Below, in pieces: positions 25,546 through 39,299 of a DNA stretch of 64,000 nt. A model generated the notes under the pieces. The model did no database searches, was not told the origin of the DNA, and saw only the letters and a program-made list of their open reading frames with translations. How positions within the stretch are numbered: position 1 is the stretch's first letter; each line of letters opens with the position of its first letter. The translations under genes and the position numbers were made by a program. The stretch is from Mobula birostris. Its lineage: Eukaryota. The DNA lies in assembly GCF_030028105.1 (NCBI RefSeq), contig NC_092398.1, positions 25,373,649-25,437,648 on the forward strand, in the 5' to 3' direction.

Positions 25546-27373
25546 AATGAAGAGACCTGGACTGAACAGACCATTTCAAGTGTGGTCTAACCTGGGTTTT
25601 GTAGACCTGCATCATTACCTCTCAGCTCTTGAACTCACTCCCTCGACTAATGGAGGCCAACATACCATATGCTTTCTTAACCACCCTTTCAACTTGCATG
25701 GCAACTTTGAGATTTCAGTGGACATGGACCGAAAGATCCCTCTGTTGCTCCACACTGCTCAGAATACAGCCATTAACCCTTTACTCTGCCTTCAAATTTG
25801 ACCTTCCAATGGAACCACTTCAGTTTTCTGGATTGACCTCCATCTGCCATTTCTCAGCCCAGCTCTGCATCCTGCCAATGTCCAGTTGTAACCTACAACA
25901 ACCTACCACACTGTCCACCAACATCTGTGTCATCAAGAGTAACCGTTAATCCTGTTTGATATGGGGGGAAATTACATTAAGACAATGCAAATTCTTTGCT
26001 GTGCAATCACTTCAACAGTGTCAGTAATACCTTGTATCTGGATAGCACACGCAAAATGCTGGAGGAACTCAGCAGGACAGGCAGCGTCTATGGAAAAGAG
26101 CAAACATTTTTACCTATTCTTCAGCAGGACTCTACTCCTCATCTTTTTTTTCTCCACTCCTGTTGAAGGGTCTTGGTCCAAAACGTTGACTGTTTACTCT
26201 TTTCCATAGACACTGCCTGGCCTGCTGAGTTCCTCCAAGCATTTTGCTTGGATTTCCAGAATCTACAGATCTTCTCTTGTTTGCCTTGTATCTATATGAC
26301 TGATTGGATATCTGTCATATCTGATGATGAGTTTGAAACCAGTGCAGGAGAGTTTTTAAAGTGGAAAAACCACTGCACTGGGGCAGCTGCACTCTCTCAA
26401 ACTTGAAAGTCCTGCACCAGTGGTATGAGTAGTTGTCACAGCTGAAGTCCTCCTTCATTGCAGTGGACGACCATGACTTCTTCTGTACCTTTTTGTGCCC
26501 TTTCCTCTCCATGAAGTGTCACAGAACTGCTTTCCTGGCTGTTGAATCTCACTGTTGACCTCATCCACTCAGTCTGCATCTCTTTGCATGCTTGGATGGG
26601 CATGTTCCTATCTCACTGTGGTATGAGGCCGCCGGCTACCCTCACCTGCTTTAACCTGTCCATCGAAGCAATGTACTGGGGTGTGGCAGCTGTCACACCT
26701 ATACAGCTACTTGGAGCCGCAGGTGAGAGCTGAGTGTCAGTCGGGGACCAATGTGAGTGAGCTGCCCCAGAATGGACATGACAAGCTCCTTCACCACCAG
26801 TGCTACCCCCACCCCTCTGGACATCTCATACACCCCATTTTGTATCTGGTAAACATCAGAAAAGCTAACTAGGGCAGACTATGCACACAGGAACCTGGGG
26901 TCAGGAGAACGTAACCATTAGCCATAGGAGCAGAATTAGGCCATTCAGCCCATCATGTTTGCCATTCCATCATGGCTGATTATCATCCCTTTCAACTCCA
27001 TTCTCCTGACTTCTCTCCATAACCTTTGACACTCTTACTAATCAAGAACTTATCAAGCTCAGCTTTAGATATACCCAATGACTTCTCCTCCACGGCCACC
27101 TGTAGCAATGAATTCCACAGATTCACAACCCCCTGGTGAAAGGAATTCTTCCTTATCTCTGTTCTAAAAGGACATCCTTCTACTCTGAGTCTGAGCCCTC
27201 TGGACCTAGACTCCCCCAATCTAGGAAACATCCTCTCCGCATCCACTCCAACCAGGTCTTTCAATATCCAGTAGGTTTCAATGACGTCCCACCCGCCCCT
27301 CCCCCATCCATCTAAGCTCCAGTGACTATAGACCCAGAGCCTTCAAATGCTCCTCATGCATTAACTCTTTCAT

Positions 27374-30300
27374 GGCTGATTATCAAAAAGGACGGATTAC
27401 ACTTGAATCCCAGGGGGACCAATATCCTGGCGGGGAGATTTGCGAGGGCTACTGAGGTGACTTTAAACTAGAATGGTTGGGGGGTGGGAATCAAATTAAG
27501 GAGACTAGGAGAGAGGTGGTTAGTTCACAACAGGAGGATGGGAACAAGTGCAGAGAGACAGAGGGGTGTAAAATGAGGGTAGAAGCAAAAAGTAATAAGG
27601 TGAAAAGTAAAAGTGGCAGGCCGGCAAATCCAGGGCAAAAATCAAAAAGGGCAACTTTTCAACATAATTGTATAAGGGCTAAGAGTGTTGTAAAAGCAAG
27701 CTTGAAGGCTTTGTGTGTCAATGCAAGGAGCATTTGTAACAAGGTGGATGAATTAAAAGTGCAGATTGTTATTAATGAATATGATATAGTTGGAATCACA
27801 GAAGCGTGGCTCCAGGGTGACCAAGGATGGGAGCTCAACATTCAGGGATATTCAATATTCAGGAGGGATAGACATGAAAGAAAAGGAGGTGGGGTAGATT
27901 TGTTGGTTAGAGAGGAGATTAACACAATAGAAAGGAAGGACATTAGTCAGGAGGATGTGGAATCAATATGGGTAGAGCTGCATAACACTAAGGGGCAGAA
28001 AACGCTGGTGGGAGTTGTGTACAGGCCACCTAACAGTAGTAGTGAGGTTGGGGATGGTAGTAAACAGGAAATTAGAAATGCATGCAATAAAGGAACGGCA
28101 GTTATAATGGGTGACTTCAATCTACATGTAGATTGGGTGAACCAAATTGGTAAGTGTGCTGAGGAAGAGGATTTCTTGGAATGTATGCGGGATGGTTTTT
28201 TGAACCAACATGTCGAGGAACCAACTAGAGAGCAGGCTATTCTAGACTGGGTATTGAGCAATGAGGAAGGGTTAATTAGCAATCTTGTCGTGAGAGGCCC
28301 CTTGGGTAAGAGTGACCATAATATGGTGGAATTCTTCATTAAGATGGAGAGTGACATAGTTAATTCAGAAGCAAAGGTTCTGAACTTAAAGAAGGGTAAC
28401 TTTGAAGGTATGAGACGTGAATTAGCTAAGATAGACTGGCAAATGATACTTAAAGGGTTGACGGTGGATATGCAATGGCAAGCATTTAAAGATCGCATGG
28501 ATGAACTACAACAATTGTTCATCCCAGTTTGGCAAAAGAATAAATCAGGGAAGGCAGGGCACCCGTGGCTGACAAGGGAAATTAGGGATAGTATCAATTC
28601 CAACGAAGAAGCATACAAATTAGCCAGAAAAAGCGGCTCACCTGCGGACTGGGAGAAATTCAGAGTCCAGCAGAGGAGGACAAAGGGCTTAATTAGGAAA
28701 GGGGAAAAAAGATTATGAGAGAAAACTGGCAGGGAATGTAAAAACTGACTGTAAAAGCTTTTATAGATATGTGAAAAGAAAAAGATTGGTTAAGACAAAT
28801 GTATGTCCCCTACAGACAGAAACAGGTGAATTGATTATGCGGAACAAGGACATGGCAGACCAATTGAATAACTACTTTGGTTCTGTCTTCACTAAGGAAG
28901 ACATACATAATCTTCCAGAAATAGTAGGGGACAGAGGGTCTAGTGAGATGGAGGAACTGAGGGAAATATATGTCAGTAGGGAAGTGGTGTTCGGTAAATT
29001 GAAGGGATTAAAGGCAGATAAATCCCCAGGGCCAGATGGTCTGCATCCCAGAGTGTTTAAGGAAGTAGCCCAAGAAATAGTGGATGCATTAGTGATAATT
29101 TTTCAAAACTCTTTAGATTCTGGACTAGTTCCTGAGGATTGGAGGATGGCTAATGTAACCCCACTTTTTAAAAAAGGAGGGAGAGGGAAACTGGGGAATT
29201 ATAGACCGGTTAGCCTAACATCAGTGGTGGGGAAAATGCTAGAGTCAGTTATCAAAGATGTGATAACAGCACATTTGGAAAGCGGTGAAATCATCAGACA
29301 AAGTCAGCATAGATTTGTGAAAGGAGAATCATGTCTGACGAATCTCATAGAATTTTTTGAGGATGTAACTAGTGGAGTGGATAGGGGAGAACCAGTGGAT
29401 GTGGTATATTTGGATTTTCAAAAGGCTTTTGACAAGGTCCCACACAGGAGATTAGTGTGCAAACTTAAAGCACATGGTATTGGGGGTAAGGTATGTGTGG
29501 ATAGAGAATTGGTTGGCAGACAGGAAGCAAAGAGTGGGAATAAACGGGACCTTTTCAGAATGGCAGGCGGTGACTAGTGGGGTACCGCAAGGCTCAGTGC
29601 TGGGACCCCAGTTGTTCACAATATATATTAATGACTTAGATGAGGGAATTAAATGCAGCATCTCCAAGTTTGCGGATGACACGAAGCTGGGTGGCAGTGT
29701 TAGCTGTGAGGAGGATGCTAAGAGGATGCAGGGTGACTTGGATAGGTTAGGTGAGTGGGCAAATTCATGGCAGATGCAATTTAATGTGGATAAATATGAG
29801 GTTATCCACTTTGGTGGCAAAAACAGGAAAACAGATTGTTATCTGAATGGTGGCCAATTAGGAAAAGGGGAGGTGCAACGAGACCTGGGTGTTATTATAC
29901 ACCAGTCATTGAAAGTGGGCATGCAGGTACAGCAGGCGGTGAAAAAGGCGAATGGTATGCTGGCATTCATAGCAAGAGGATTCGAGTACAGGAGCAGGGA
30001 GGTACTACTGCAGTTGTACAAGGCCTTGGTGAGACTACACCTGGAGTATTGTGTGCAGTTTTGGTCCCCTAATCTGAGGAAAGACATTCTTGCCATAGAG
30101 GGAGTACAAAGAAAGTTCACCAGATTGATTCCTGGGATGGCAGGACTTTCATATGATGAAAGACTGGATCGACTAGGCTTATACTTGTTGGAATTTAGAA
30201 GATTGAGGGGGGATCTTATTGAAATGTATAAAATCCTAAAGGGATTCGACAGGCTAGATGTAGGAAGATTGTTCCCAATGTCGGGGAAGTCCAGAACGAG

Positions 30301-30605
30301 GGGTCACAGTTTGAGGATAAAGGGGAAGCCTTTTAGGACCGAGATGAGGAAAAACTTCTTCACACAGAGAGTGGTGAATCTGTGGAATTCTCTGCCACAG
30401 GAAACAGTTGAGGCCAGTTCATTGGCTATATTTAAGAGGGAGTTAGATATGACCCTTGTGGCTAAAGGGTTCAGGGGGTATGGAGGGAAGGCTGCTACAG
30501 GGTTCTGAGTTGGATGATCAGCCATGATCATACTGAATGGCGGTGCAGTCTCGAAGGGCCGAATGGCCTACTCCTGCACCTATTTTCTATGTTTCTATGT
30601 TTCAT
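27374..30605 (+). mobile_element. Young CR1 LINE with near-complete ORF2, inserted in an older antisense CR1
   Basis: ORFs 27477-28718, 28771-29577 and 29474-30508 join by two frameshifts; (TTCTATG)n tail; TTTCAT duplicated at 27368-27373 and 30600-30605. Confidence 0.93.
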
Positions 30606-33600
30606 TACCAGGATCATTCTCGTGAACCTCATCTAGGACCTCTCCAATACCAATGCCAGTATGTCCATTCTTAGGTTTCTGGTACGAAAATGCTCACAAT
30701 ACTCCAAGGGTAGTCTGGCTAATCTCTTATATCCTGAATTACATCCTTAAATGCTATATACTGTTGACTGGTGCTACCTTAATATTCCACAGTCCGTACC
30801 TTCATCAACCCTCTTCTCGTTTCTTCTCAGAAGTCTGCTCACAGGGTGGGGTCCACCGTCTGCATGAAGAAATTGACTAGTTGCCAAGGATTTCTTCTGA
30901 ATGCACAACAGAAGCTTAAACACAAAATGTCAAATTCACGACCTGCTGACAGTCGAAGATCTGATGTCTGCCGTCTCCATTCTTGTTGGCCTGAGGTGTA
31001 TTGGAATTTGGCTGCCCAATGCAGCTCTTTATCTTGAGCTTAAACCATTTCAATTTGACTTTCTATTCCCATTCCTGGGGGCAGGGTGGAGATACGTCTC
31101 TATCAAAGATGGTGGAAGGTGCTTCTTTCCTCTACTAGCCTGCAGGTCACCATTAGGTATGGTGTAGCACCTGCTTAGCCCTATGATCAGGGTCACATGA
31201 AGCCATAGGGGCAGGTGGTGGATGGTCATATGAGCAGCTGGTACATAACATATGTGACCATTGCCAGTTGGCAATAGCCAGGCAGACAACCCCTGGAGAG
31301 TATTAATAATAGCTGGAGTCATGTTTTGTAAAACAACTGCCCAGAAGGCGGCAATGGGCACGTCCGTAGAATTTGCAAAGAACCTATGACCATGATCATC
31401 CATGTCCTACAACATGGCACGTGATGATGATGACGATTCCCATTCCAACATGTCTGTCCATGACTTCCTTACTGCCATGATGAGGTTAAACTCAAGTTGG
31501 AGGAGCAACCCCTGTGTTCCACATGACGGCTCCAACCTTATGGCGTAAATTTTGATTTTTCTAGCCAGGAAATTGCCCTCCCCACACTTCTTCCTTGTCT
31601 ACTCCATATTCTGGCTCCCCTTTTACCTGTTCTCTTATCCTCATTTGCCCATTGCCTCCCTCTGGTGTTCCTCCTCCTTCCCTTCCCACCATGGTCAACT
31701 ATTCTCTCCTATCAGATTCTTGCTTCTTCAGCGGTTACCTTTTCCACCTATCACCTCCCAGCTTGTCACCATCCCCACTCCCCCGCCCACCAGCTCTCTC
31801 TGGCTTCACCTATTGCCTGACAGCTTACACTCCTCCTCTCCTTTCCAGTCCTGATGAAGGCTCCCAGCCTGAAACATCCACTGTTTATTTCCCCGCACAG
31901 ATGTCGCCTAACCTGCAGAGTTCCTCCACCATTTTGTGTGTGTCTATCGCTCCGGATTGCAGTATCTCTTGTGCTTTTGTTTAACTGTAGTGCTGGAGAC
32001 CAGTGTTGTCAATGCCTGCAGAGAGGTTATTGAGAGATGCTGAATCCTGCATCCTTAAGGGAACAATTAACCTCTGAGCAAAATCTTCCTGTTGCCACGC
32101 CTGCTTGTAAGAATGAAGAATGTTTGTAGATTCAAATAAAATCTGAACACACTTTGTCATCCAACAGCAAGATGATTCATAAAACTAAAGTACATTCATT
32201 GGCCACTTTATTAGATGTTGTTTGTATCTAATAAAGTGGCCACTGAGTGCATACTTGTGGTCTTCTGCTGCTATTGACCAAGGTTGAACACGCTGTGCAT
32301 TCAGAGATGCTCTTCTGCACCCCACTGTTGTAACGTATGGTTATTTAAATTACTGTCACCTTCCTGCCAGCTTGAAACAGTACGGCCATGCTCTTCTGAA
32401 CTCTCTGAGTGACAAGGCGTTTTTGCACACAGAACTGACGGTCACTGGATTTTTTTTTTCTTTTTTATACTATTCTCTGTAAACTGTTGTGCATGAAACT
32501 CCAACAGAGATCAAATTTTAAAATACATTTATTATCAAAATACATGTCAACACTGGGATTTCTTTTTGACGGGCATAAAATACCCATAACAGAATCAATA
32601 AAAGACCAAATCAACTTGGGCGTTCAACCAGTGTGCAAAAGACAAATTCTGCAAATACAAAAAAAAGAAAGCAATTATAATAAATAAGAATAAATATCAA
32701 AAACGTGAGCTGAAGAGTTCTTGAAAATTAGTCCACTGGTGGTGGCAACATTTCAATGATGGGGAAGTGAAGTTGAGTGAAGTTATCCTGAGGCTCTTGT
32801 ACCTTCATGATGGCAGCAGCAAGAAGAAAGCATGACCTAGGTGGTGGGAGTCCCTAATCATAGATGCTGCTTCCCTGCAACAGCATTTCATGTAGATGCG
32901 CTCAGTGCTGGGGAAGGCTTTACTCAGCAGCTTCTGAGATGCTTGATCCACCCGTCTGGCACCAGCATTCATTCCACGGTCAAAGTCACTTGCATCACGT
33001 TTCTTCCCCATTCTGATGTTTGGTCTGAACAACAACTGAACCTCTTGAACATTTCTGCATGTTTTATACATTAAGTTGCTGTAATATGATTGATTCGTTA
33101 GATATTTGTATGAACGAGCAGATGTACCTTATAAAGTGGCCACGGAATGTACGTGGAGTGTGAGAGGTTGCAGCCTGTTTGTTTGAATGTCTGAAGAAGC
33201 TGCTCCTCAAGTTCTGGCTGCACGTCGTGCTTGTGCTCATCAACTACAATCATGCAGTATTGTGGGGGGGGGGGTAGTGGCGGCGTGGTGGGTCACTCAG
33301 ATCTCTCTCAGTAGGCTCGTTCCTGGGCCTAGCCAAAATGGCCATTCACGGGTCCAGGCAGCAGGCAGTCAAGGTCTCTGCTTGAGCTGACTGACTATCC
33401 CTCTTCCCGTATTACATTCATGCAAATGCTTCCACGGAAAGGGAGCATGCAACCTCTATGAGTACAATAGGGGATTTCTGAGAATGGTGCAACACCTCTT
33501 CCCCCCCCCCCCCCAGGAACTGAGTGATTTGTAGACTATAGTAATTGCATTTTAATTTGAAGTTGTTGATAGTTTTGAAAATCCCTGACCATTGTGTGCC

Positions 33601-35551
33601 TTTTGTATGTTGTAAATAACAGCATGATCATTTGGCAAGAGTCAAACACTAAGATACTAAACAGGAGTCACATTTGTCTGAAGTGCAGGATAATGTGCAA
33701 TTTCACTCATCAAACACCTACCCAGCTATCCAGGAAAAGAAAATGGTTATTTACAGAGGCAGTAGTTGCAAAAATGAGGAACTGCAGATTTTGTGCAAAA
33801 CAAACCTTTTATTCTCCTCAAACAGCAGAGACATATTTTTAATGATTAGCTTTAAGTTACAACAACAGTAATGGCTCACACATACAGAAATGCACCTCAC
33901 CAACTTCAGAAAGAGAAGTGAAAATAGGGAAATTGGTGGTAAGGAAATGATCTACGAAGGCTTTGCGGCACAGCAGAGCAGAAGGGCAGAAGTAGGTCAG
34001 TCTGGAAGAAAATTCTGAATAAAACGTTAAGCTATCTGAGATATTCTGCACCTTCCTTTAATTAGCAATATGCCTAGTGCTGACACAGTTGCAAGAACAA
34101 GATGAAGACACTGAAGGTCATAAATTGTAGGGAGGACCCTGGGGGCTGTCAAGTTTCTGACAATTACAATGAGTGTCCTGGTTTTTCCTTCATTTGTCAG
34201 ATACTAACACATAAAACAAACTATACCTTTGTACGTTTAACTATTTCCTGGATCCAAGGATTTAATTAACCTTCTATATATCATGGATAAAGATTCAGCA
34301 TTCAGCCTGGGCTCTCAGCATGTTTGCAATAATCCATCTTAGTTTCAAGGATGTTTAATAACCATCCCTGTGTGCTGTGGGCAGACAAGAGGCTGTCTCT
34401 AGCATTTTCATGGGAATTGATAAGGCTCACAGGATTGATTTGTTTTAAGCATTGACTGATGTAATTGAATTTCTGTGTGCATGTATAAAAAAGGCTATGA
34501 CTGTTATTCTTTGGAAGACTTGGCGATCTCACTGTTAGCGATTCATTCTACCTTATTCATGAATAAAGGTATTCCCTAGTCATTTCAAAATCCATGTCCA
34601 TAGTATTTGTGACCAACTTGAATTGAATTTCCATAGCAAATTAATTCCCCTAACAGAGATGCAGAATGGTTGAAGAAGCAGATGTGTCAGACCACTGCAG
34701 CACAGAAAAAGGCTCCTTTGCCTATCTAGTCTGTGATGAACTGCTATTTTCTCTAGTCCCATCAAACCACACCTGGTCCATAGCCCTCCATACCCCTCCC
34801 ACCCATATTTATCCAAATTTCTCTTAAATGCTGAAACCAAATTATCATCCACCATTTCCCTTGGCAGCTTGTTCCGTCCACATTCTCACCACCCGCTGTG
34901 TGAAGAGCTTTACCTTAAACATTTCACTTCTACCCTTAAGCCATGACCTCTAGTTCTCAGCGGAAAAGGCCTGCTTGCAACAATTTCACCTACTTCCCTC
35001 ATAATTTTGTACACCTCTGTCAAAACTCCTTTGGTCTCCTATGCTCTAGGGAATACGGTCTTCACCTATTTAACTTTTCCTTCTAATTCAGGTCTGCAAC
35101 TTCCAGCAACATCCTTGTAAAATTTCTTTGCATTCTTTCAGTTTTATTGATATCTTTCCTGTAGGTTGGTGATCAGAACTGAACACAATACTCCAAATTA
35201 GGTTTCACCAATGTCTTTTGCAACTTCACCATAACATCCCAACTCCTGTACTCAATACTTTGATTTATGAAGGTGAATGTGCCATTCGTTTTATGACCTG
35301 ACCTACCTGTGATCTTATCTGTCTGAAGCAGATTGCTGCTGCATTTAGCAGATGGACGACTGACAGATGAAATAAAAGATACCAAAATTCAAAAGCGGAA
35401 TTTGAAATCAATACCATAAGATGGAAGAGAATGATGCATTACAAATCTGAGTGCACAAAACTGCGACAAAGCAAGGCACAGACCACTGGGAAATATTGCA
35501 GGGATTATTTTTTCATTGAGAAGGAGTATTGATCCAGATTATCAAAGAGCC

Positions 35552-35679
35552 TCAGCCAGACGATGCAAAACATAAGTAGAGTCCAGCTGCTGTGCCAAGT
35601 ATTCCTATAATCAGCCCACAGATCAAAACAGCAAGCTGGCTTGTATCCAGTTCTTCAGCACGACTTTGCTCTTCTGGTT
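35552..35679 (-). CDS. WA: WA connecting peptide/TM/short tail exon ((E)PEEQSRAEELDTSQLAVLICGLIIGILGTAAGLYLCFASSG*)
   Basis: Absent from the ORF track. Acceptor tgtgctttgttcacAG, phase 1, TGA at 35554-35552. The CxLxxGxxGxxxG pattern is the class II alpha TM motif (cf. HLA-DRA VCALGLTVGLVGIIIG). Confidence 0.9.
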
Positions 35680-37181
35680 CTGTGAACAAAGCACACAATT
35701 ATTTTTAAAACAAGGAACTAGTTTTTAAAATCAGCTTGAACAAAGATGAGGTACCACAACTAAATTGTCCTCTTGGGTTTCTCGTGTTCCCCATTCTCGG
35801 GTGAAAATACTTTTCAACAGGTATAGATGGGATAAATTCAAGCAGGCTTTTTTTCCCTGAGGTTGGATGGGACTACAACTGGAGCTCATGGATGAAGGGT
35901 AAAAGGTGAAAATGAGGGGAAACTTCTTCACTCAGACAGCTGTGAGAGTGTGGAACAAGCACCCAGCAGAAATGGTGGGTGCGAGCTCGGTTTCAATGTT
36001 TAAGAGAAGTTTGGAAAGATACAGGGATGGTAGGGCTACGGTCAAGGGGAGTGGGCAGATTAGATGGGGCAAAGGTCCTGCTTCTGTGCTGTACTTTTCT
36101 GTGACTTTGTGATTAAATGGCTGTGAACTAACAATGGCACAGTAATGCAGAGGTTGGCACAACACTTTACAATACCAGTGACGGGGTTTAATTCCTGCAG
36201 CTGTCTGCAAGTAGTTGGTATGTTCTCCCCATGACGGATTGGGTTTCCTCCAGGTGCTCCAGTTTACTCCCAGAGTCTAATGACGTACCAATTGGTAGGT
36301 TAATTGGTCGTTGTTAAAAATCAGGAGCTGCTGAGCAGTGCGGCTGGAATGGCCCTTTCCGAGCTGCATGGCTAAAAAAAAAGCAACATGAGCAATGGGG
36401 TTGATCGACATAAAGCCCAAATAGTCACGTTGCATCCTTCACGTTCCACTGGGAATTGCTGGATACTGAGTGTAAGCAGGAACCTGGGCTGCTTTTCCTC
36501 TCACTGGCCTAACAGAGCAACAAGAGGGTTAAAACCAATCTCATCCAGGATGGAGTGCTTCAACACTACCCCTCATTAGTGAATCTATTGCTAGGCTCCA
36601 GCTCGGGTTGGAGTGGTGCTAAGGGAAGCTTGTCCTTGTACTTGCCAAGCTCCTGATCTCAACAACACTCCCACTGGAAAATACTGTCAGTCAGCACTGC
36701 AGGCAATGACCTGGATTTCAGAGACTAGCTTTATTTGTCACATGTACATTGAAAATCAAAACATACAGAGAAATACATCATTTTTGCATCAAATCATATC
36801 AGTGAGGATTGTGCTGAGGGCAGCCCACAAATACCGCCATTCTGCCAGTGCCGACAGAGCAAGCCCACAACTCAGTAACTTTAACCCAATCTTAGGAATG
36901 TAGGAAGAAACAGAGCACTTGGACAAAACCTATGCGGTAATGGAGAGAACAGACAGCAATCGAATCTCGATTTTAGTTGGTGTTGTAAAGCACTGCGCTA
37001 ACCACCATGCTACTGTGCTGCCCCGTATCATTTACCCCAGAGCATTTCAAAGTTCAAAAGGTAATTTTATTATCAAAGTACATATACATCACCATATACA
37101 ACCCTGAGGTTGATTTTCCTGTAGACATACTCAGCAAATCTATAGAATAATAACCATAACAGAATGGTTCAATTCGCTTAC

Positions 37182-37463
37182 CCCAGTAAACTACTTTTTC
37201 CTCTTTGCTGATGTTATGGAGCACTCTACAAGAGTATACGTCACCGTTTGCTGGCTGGATGTATGTGTAGTGGAGCACTTGAAATCGCCAGTCTTTGCCA
37301 AATGAGAGGTGTGAGGAGTCAACTTCGCCATTGACAGGCTTCTTGTTCTTCTGCAACGTTACAATTACGGCCGGTGGGAAAAAGCCGCTGACAAAACAGG
37401 TCAATGTATTTACCTCCCCGAAGACAGCTGGTTTCTCTGAGTACAGATAGAGCTCACCGATTT
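37182..37463 (-). CDS. WA: WA alpha2 Ig-C1 domain, beta2-microglobulin-like
   Basis: Acceptor ttgttgttttAG, donor G|GTAAGC, 282 nt, phase 1-1. Contains LYLYSEKPA, TCFVSGFFP, LSFGKDWRF and YSCRVLH. Confidence 0.93.
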
Positions 37464-38840
37464 CTAAAACAACAAATTAAGGATTTTTTTGTAAATGTCA
37501 ATTGCACTGGATGATGATTAATATCTATTAATCCACTTCAGTCATATTTTCTTTCAAAGTTCGAAAGTTCAAAGTAAATTTATTATCAAAGCACATACAT
37601 TTCACTATATACAGCCCTGAGATTTGGTTTCTCGTGGGCATGCTTGGTAAATCCAATAACCATAAATGAATCAATGGAAGACCACACCCAACAGGGTGGA
37701 CAAACAACCTGTCTGTAAAACACAGCAAACTGTGCAAATACAGAAGAAAAAATAATAACAAGAAATAAATAAGCAATAAATATCAAAAATATGAGATGAA
37801 GCATCCTGGAAAGCGAGTCCATAGGTGTGGAAACATTTCAGCCATGGGGCAAGTGAAGTTATTACCACTGATTCAGGAGTCTGATAGTTGATGGGGTAAT
37901 AGCTACAATATTCCTGAATATGGTGGTGTCAGTCCTGAGGCTCCTGTACTTCTTCATGATAGCAGCAGCAAGAAGAGTACATGATCCGCTGTTTACTGGG
38001 ACTGCCGACTCACTGCCGGCAACATAACCATAGTGGGAAGATAGCGAACCAAGTCCATGTAATTCCCTTCAACAATGCCAACAATATAAAATTTACTTTT
38101 GAAATTCAGTGTTTCTACAGAGTAAAGAAGACAGCCAGAAACATTCTACTGTGAGCAGATGAAGTGGAAGCTTGTTAATCATCTGCCATTTGACAATCAA
38201 TGTTCACATCATCTACTTGATGGAGCCACGGAACTAACTGCCAGTATTATCCTGATATAACAAAGGATTAATTATGCCGGTGCGCCACAGTGCCAGCCAT
38301 TTGTGTCACTTGATTGAGTATGCTAGGGTTTATCTCGTCAGAGAGGAGGAGGATGAGCAGTGACTTGATAGAGGTGTACAAGTTAATAAGAGGCATAGAT
38401 AGAGTGGACATCCAAAGACTTTTTCACAGGGTGGAAATGGCTAATATAATATGGAATAACTTTGTGTTTGGAGGAAAGTACCAGGAGAGGAGTCGGGTGG
38501 TGTAACATCGGATGAAGAGTTTTGAGTTCAAGAGCTAGGTGGTAATGTTGCAGCTCTATAAAACTCTGGTTAGTGGGTGCGTGGAACACCCGGCCAGGGG
38601 TGGTGGTGGATGTGGATAAATTAGGGGCATTTAAGAAAGTCTTAGAGAGGCACACAGATGAAAGGAAATTGGAGGACTGTGTAGGTGAAAGGGTTAGATT
38701 GATCTTGGTGTAGTTTGAAAGGTCATCACAACATGGTGGGCCAAAGGACCTGTACTGTGAGCTAAATCCATACTGGGGACGCTTTATTGGGCTGATGGTA
38801 GTCAGTACACTGAGCTGCTCACGTTCCTATCTTGACTCAC

Positions 38841-39095
38841 CATTTGGGGGAAGAGAGTTGTTGGTTAACTGCATTGCCCCATTCATCAGGTACTTTACCC
38901 ATGCGAACACATTTCCTGCTAATAGCTTATCCATAGGTAAACGGAATGGGTCTAAGCCAGACAAGTGAAACTGAACACTCGGTAACGTGGTGTCATAGTA
39001 AGCAATACTTCTCTCCTGGGTCTTCAACTCAGCTCCACCCTCTGGCAGGCTGGGGTCATCTGTAACAAAGAAGGTGACTGCCAACTTGTCTGTCT
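38841..39095 (-). CDS. WA: WA alpha1 membrane-distal domain (ETDKLAVTFFVTDDPSLPEGG...AMQLTNNSLPPN)
   Basis: Acceptor tttttattttttcAG, donor G|GTGAGT, 255 nt (85 codons, class II alpha1 size), phase 1-1, in frame with alpha2. N-N-S sequon at the DR-alpha N78-like position. Confidence 0.85.
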
Positions 39096-39299
39096 CTGAA
39101 AAAATAAAAAGATCATTGTAAAAAAAGATTTTTAACTCACATTATCAATTCTTGCAACTAATGTTTAAACTACACATACAACTAGGTACACATACTCAAT
39201 ACAAGTATCTAATTAGCCAATCGTGGCAGCATAAAAACATGCAAAAATGGTCGCAAGGTTCAGTTGGCACACGTCGTAAATGGTGTGGCCTATCCATGG

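Noticed and set aside
30831-31040. Strong acceptor with short frame (EVCSQGGVHRLHEEID*) and a TM-like stretch SAVSILVGLRCIGIW
   Set aside because: No adjoining Ig exon or consistent donor; likely chance.
35300-35365. Small exon-like segment (ttcatctgtcAG...cacag|GTAGGT) on - downstream of the WA stop
   Set aside because: No donor was found after the WA stop codon to reach it; at most a non-coding or alternative exon.
37054-37463. Stand-alone beta2-microglobulin gene
   Set aside because: The exon is flanked by an in-phase alpha1 exon and a class II-alpha TM exon; true beta2m has neither.
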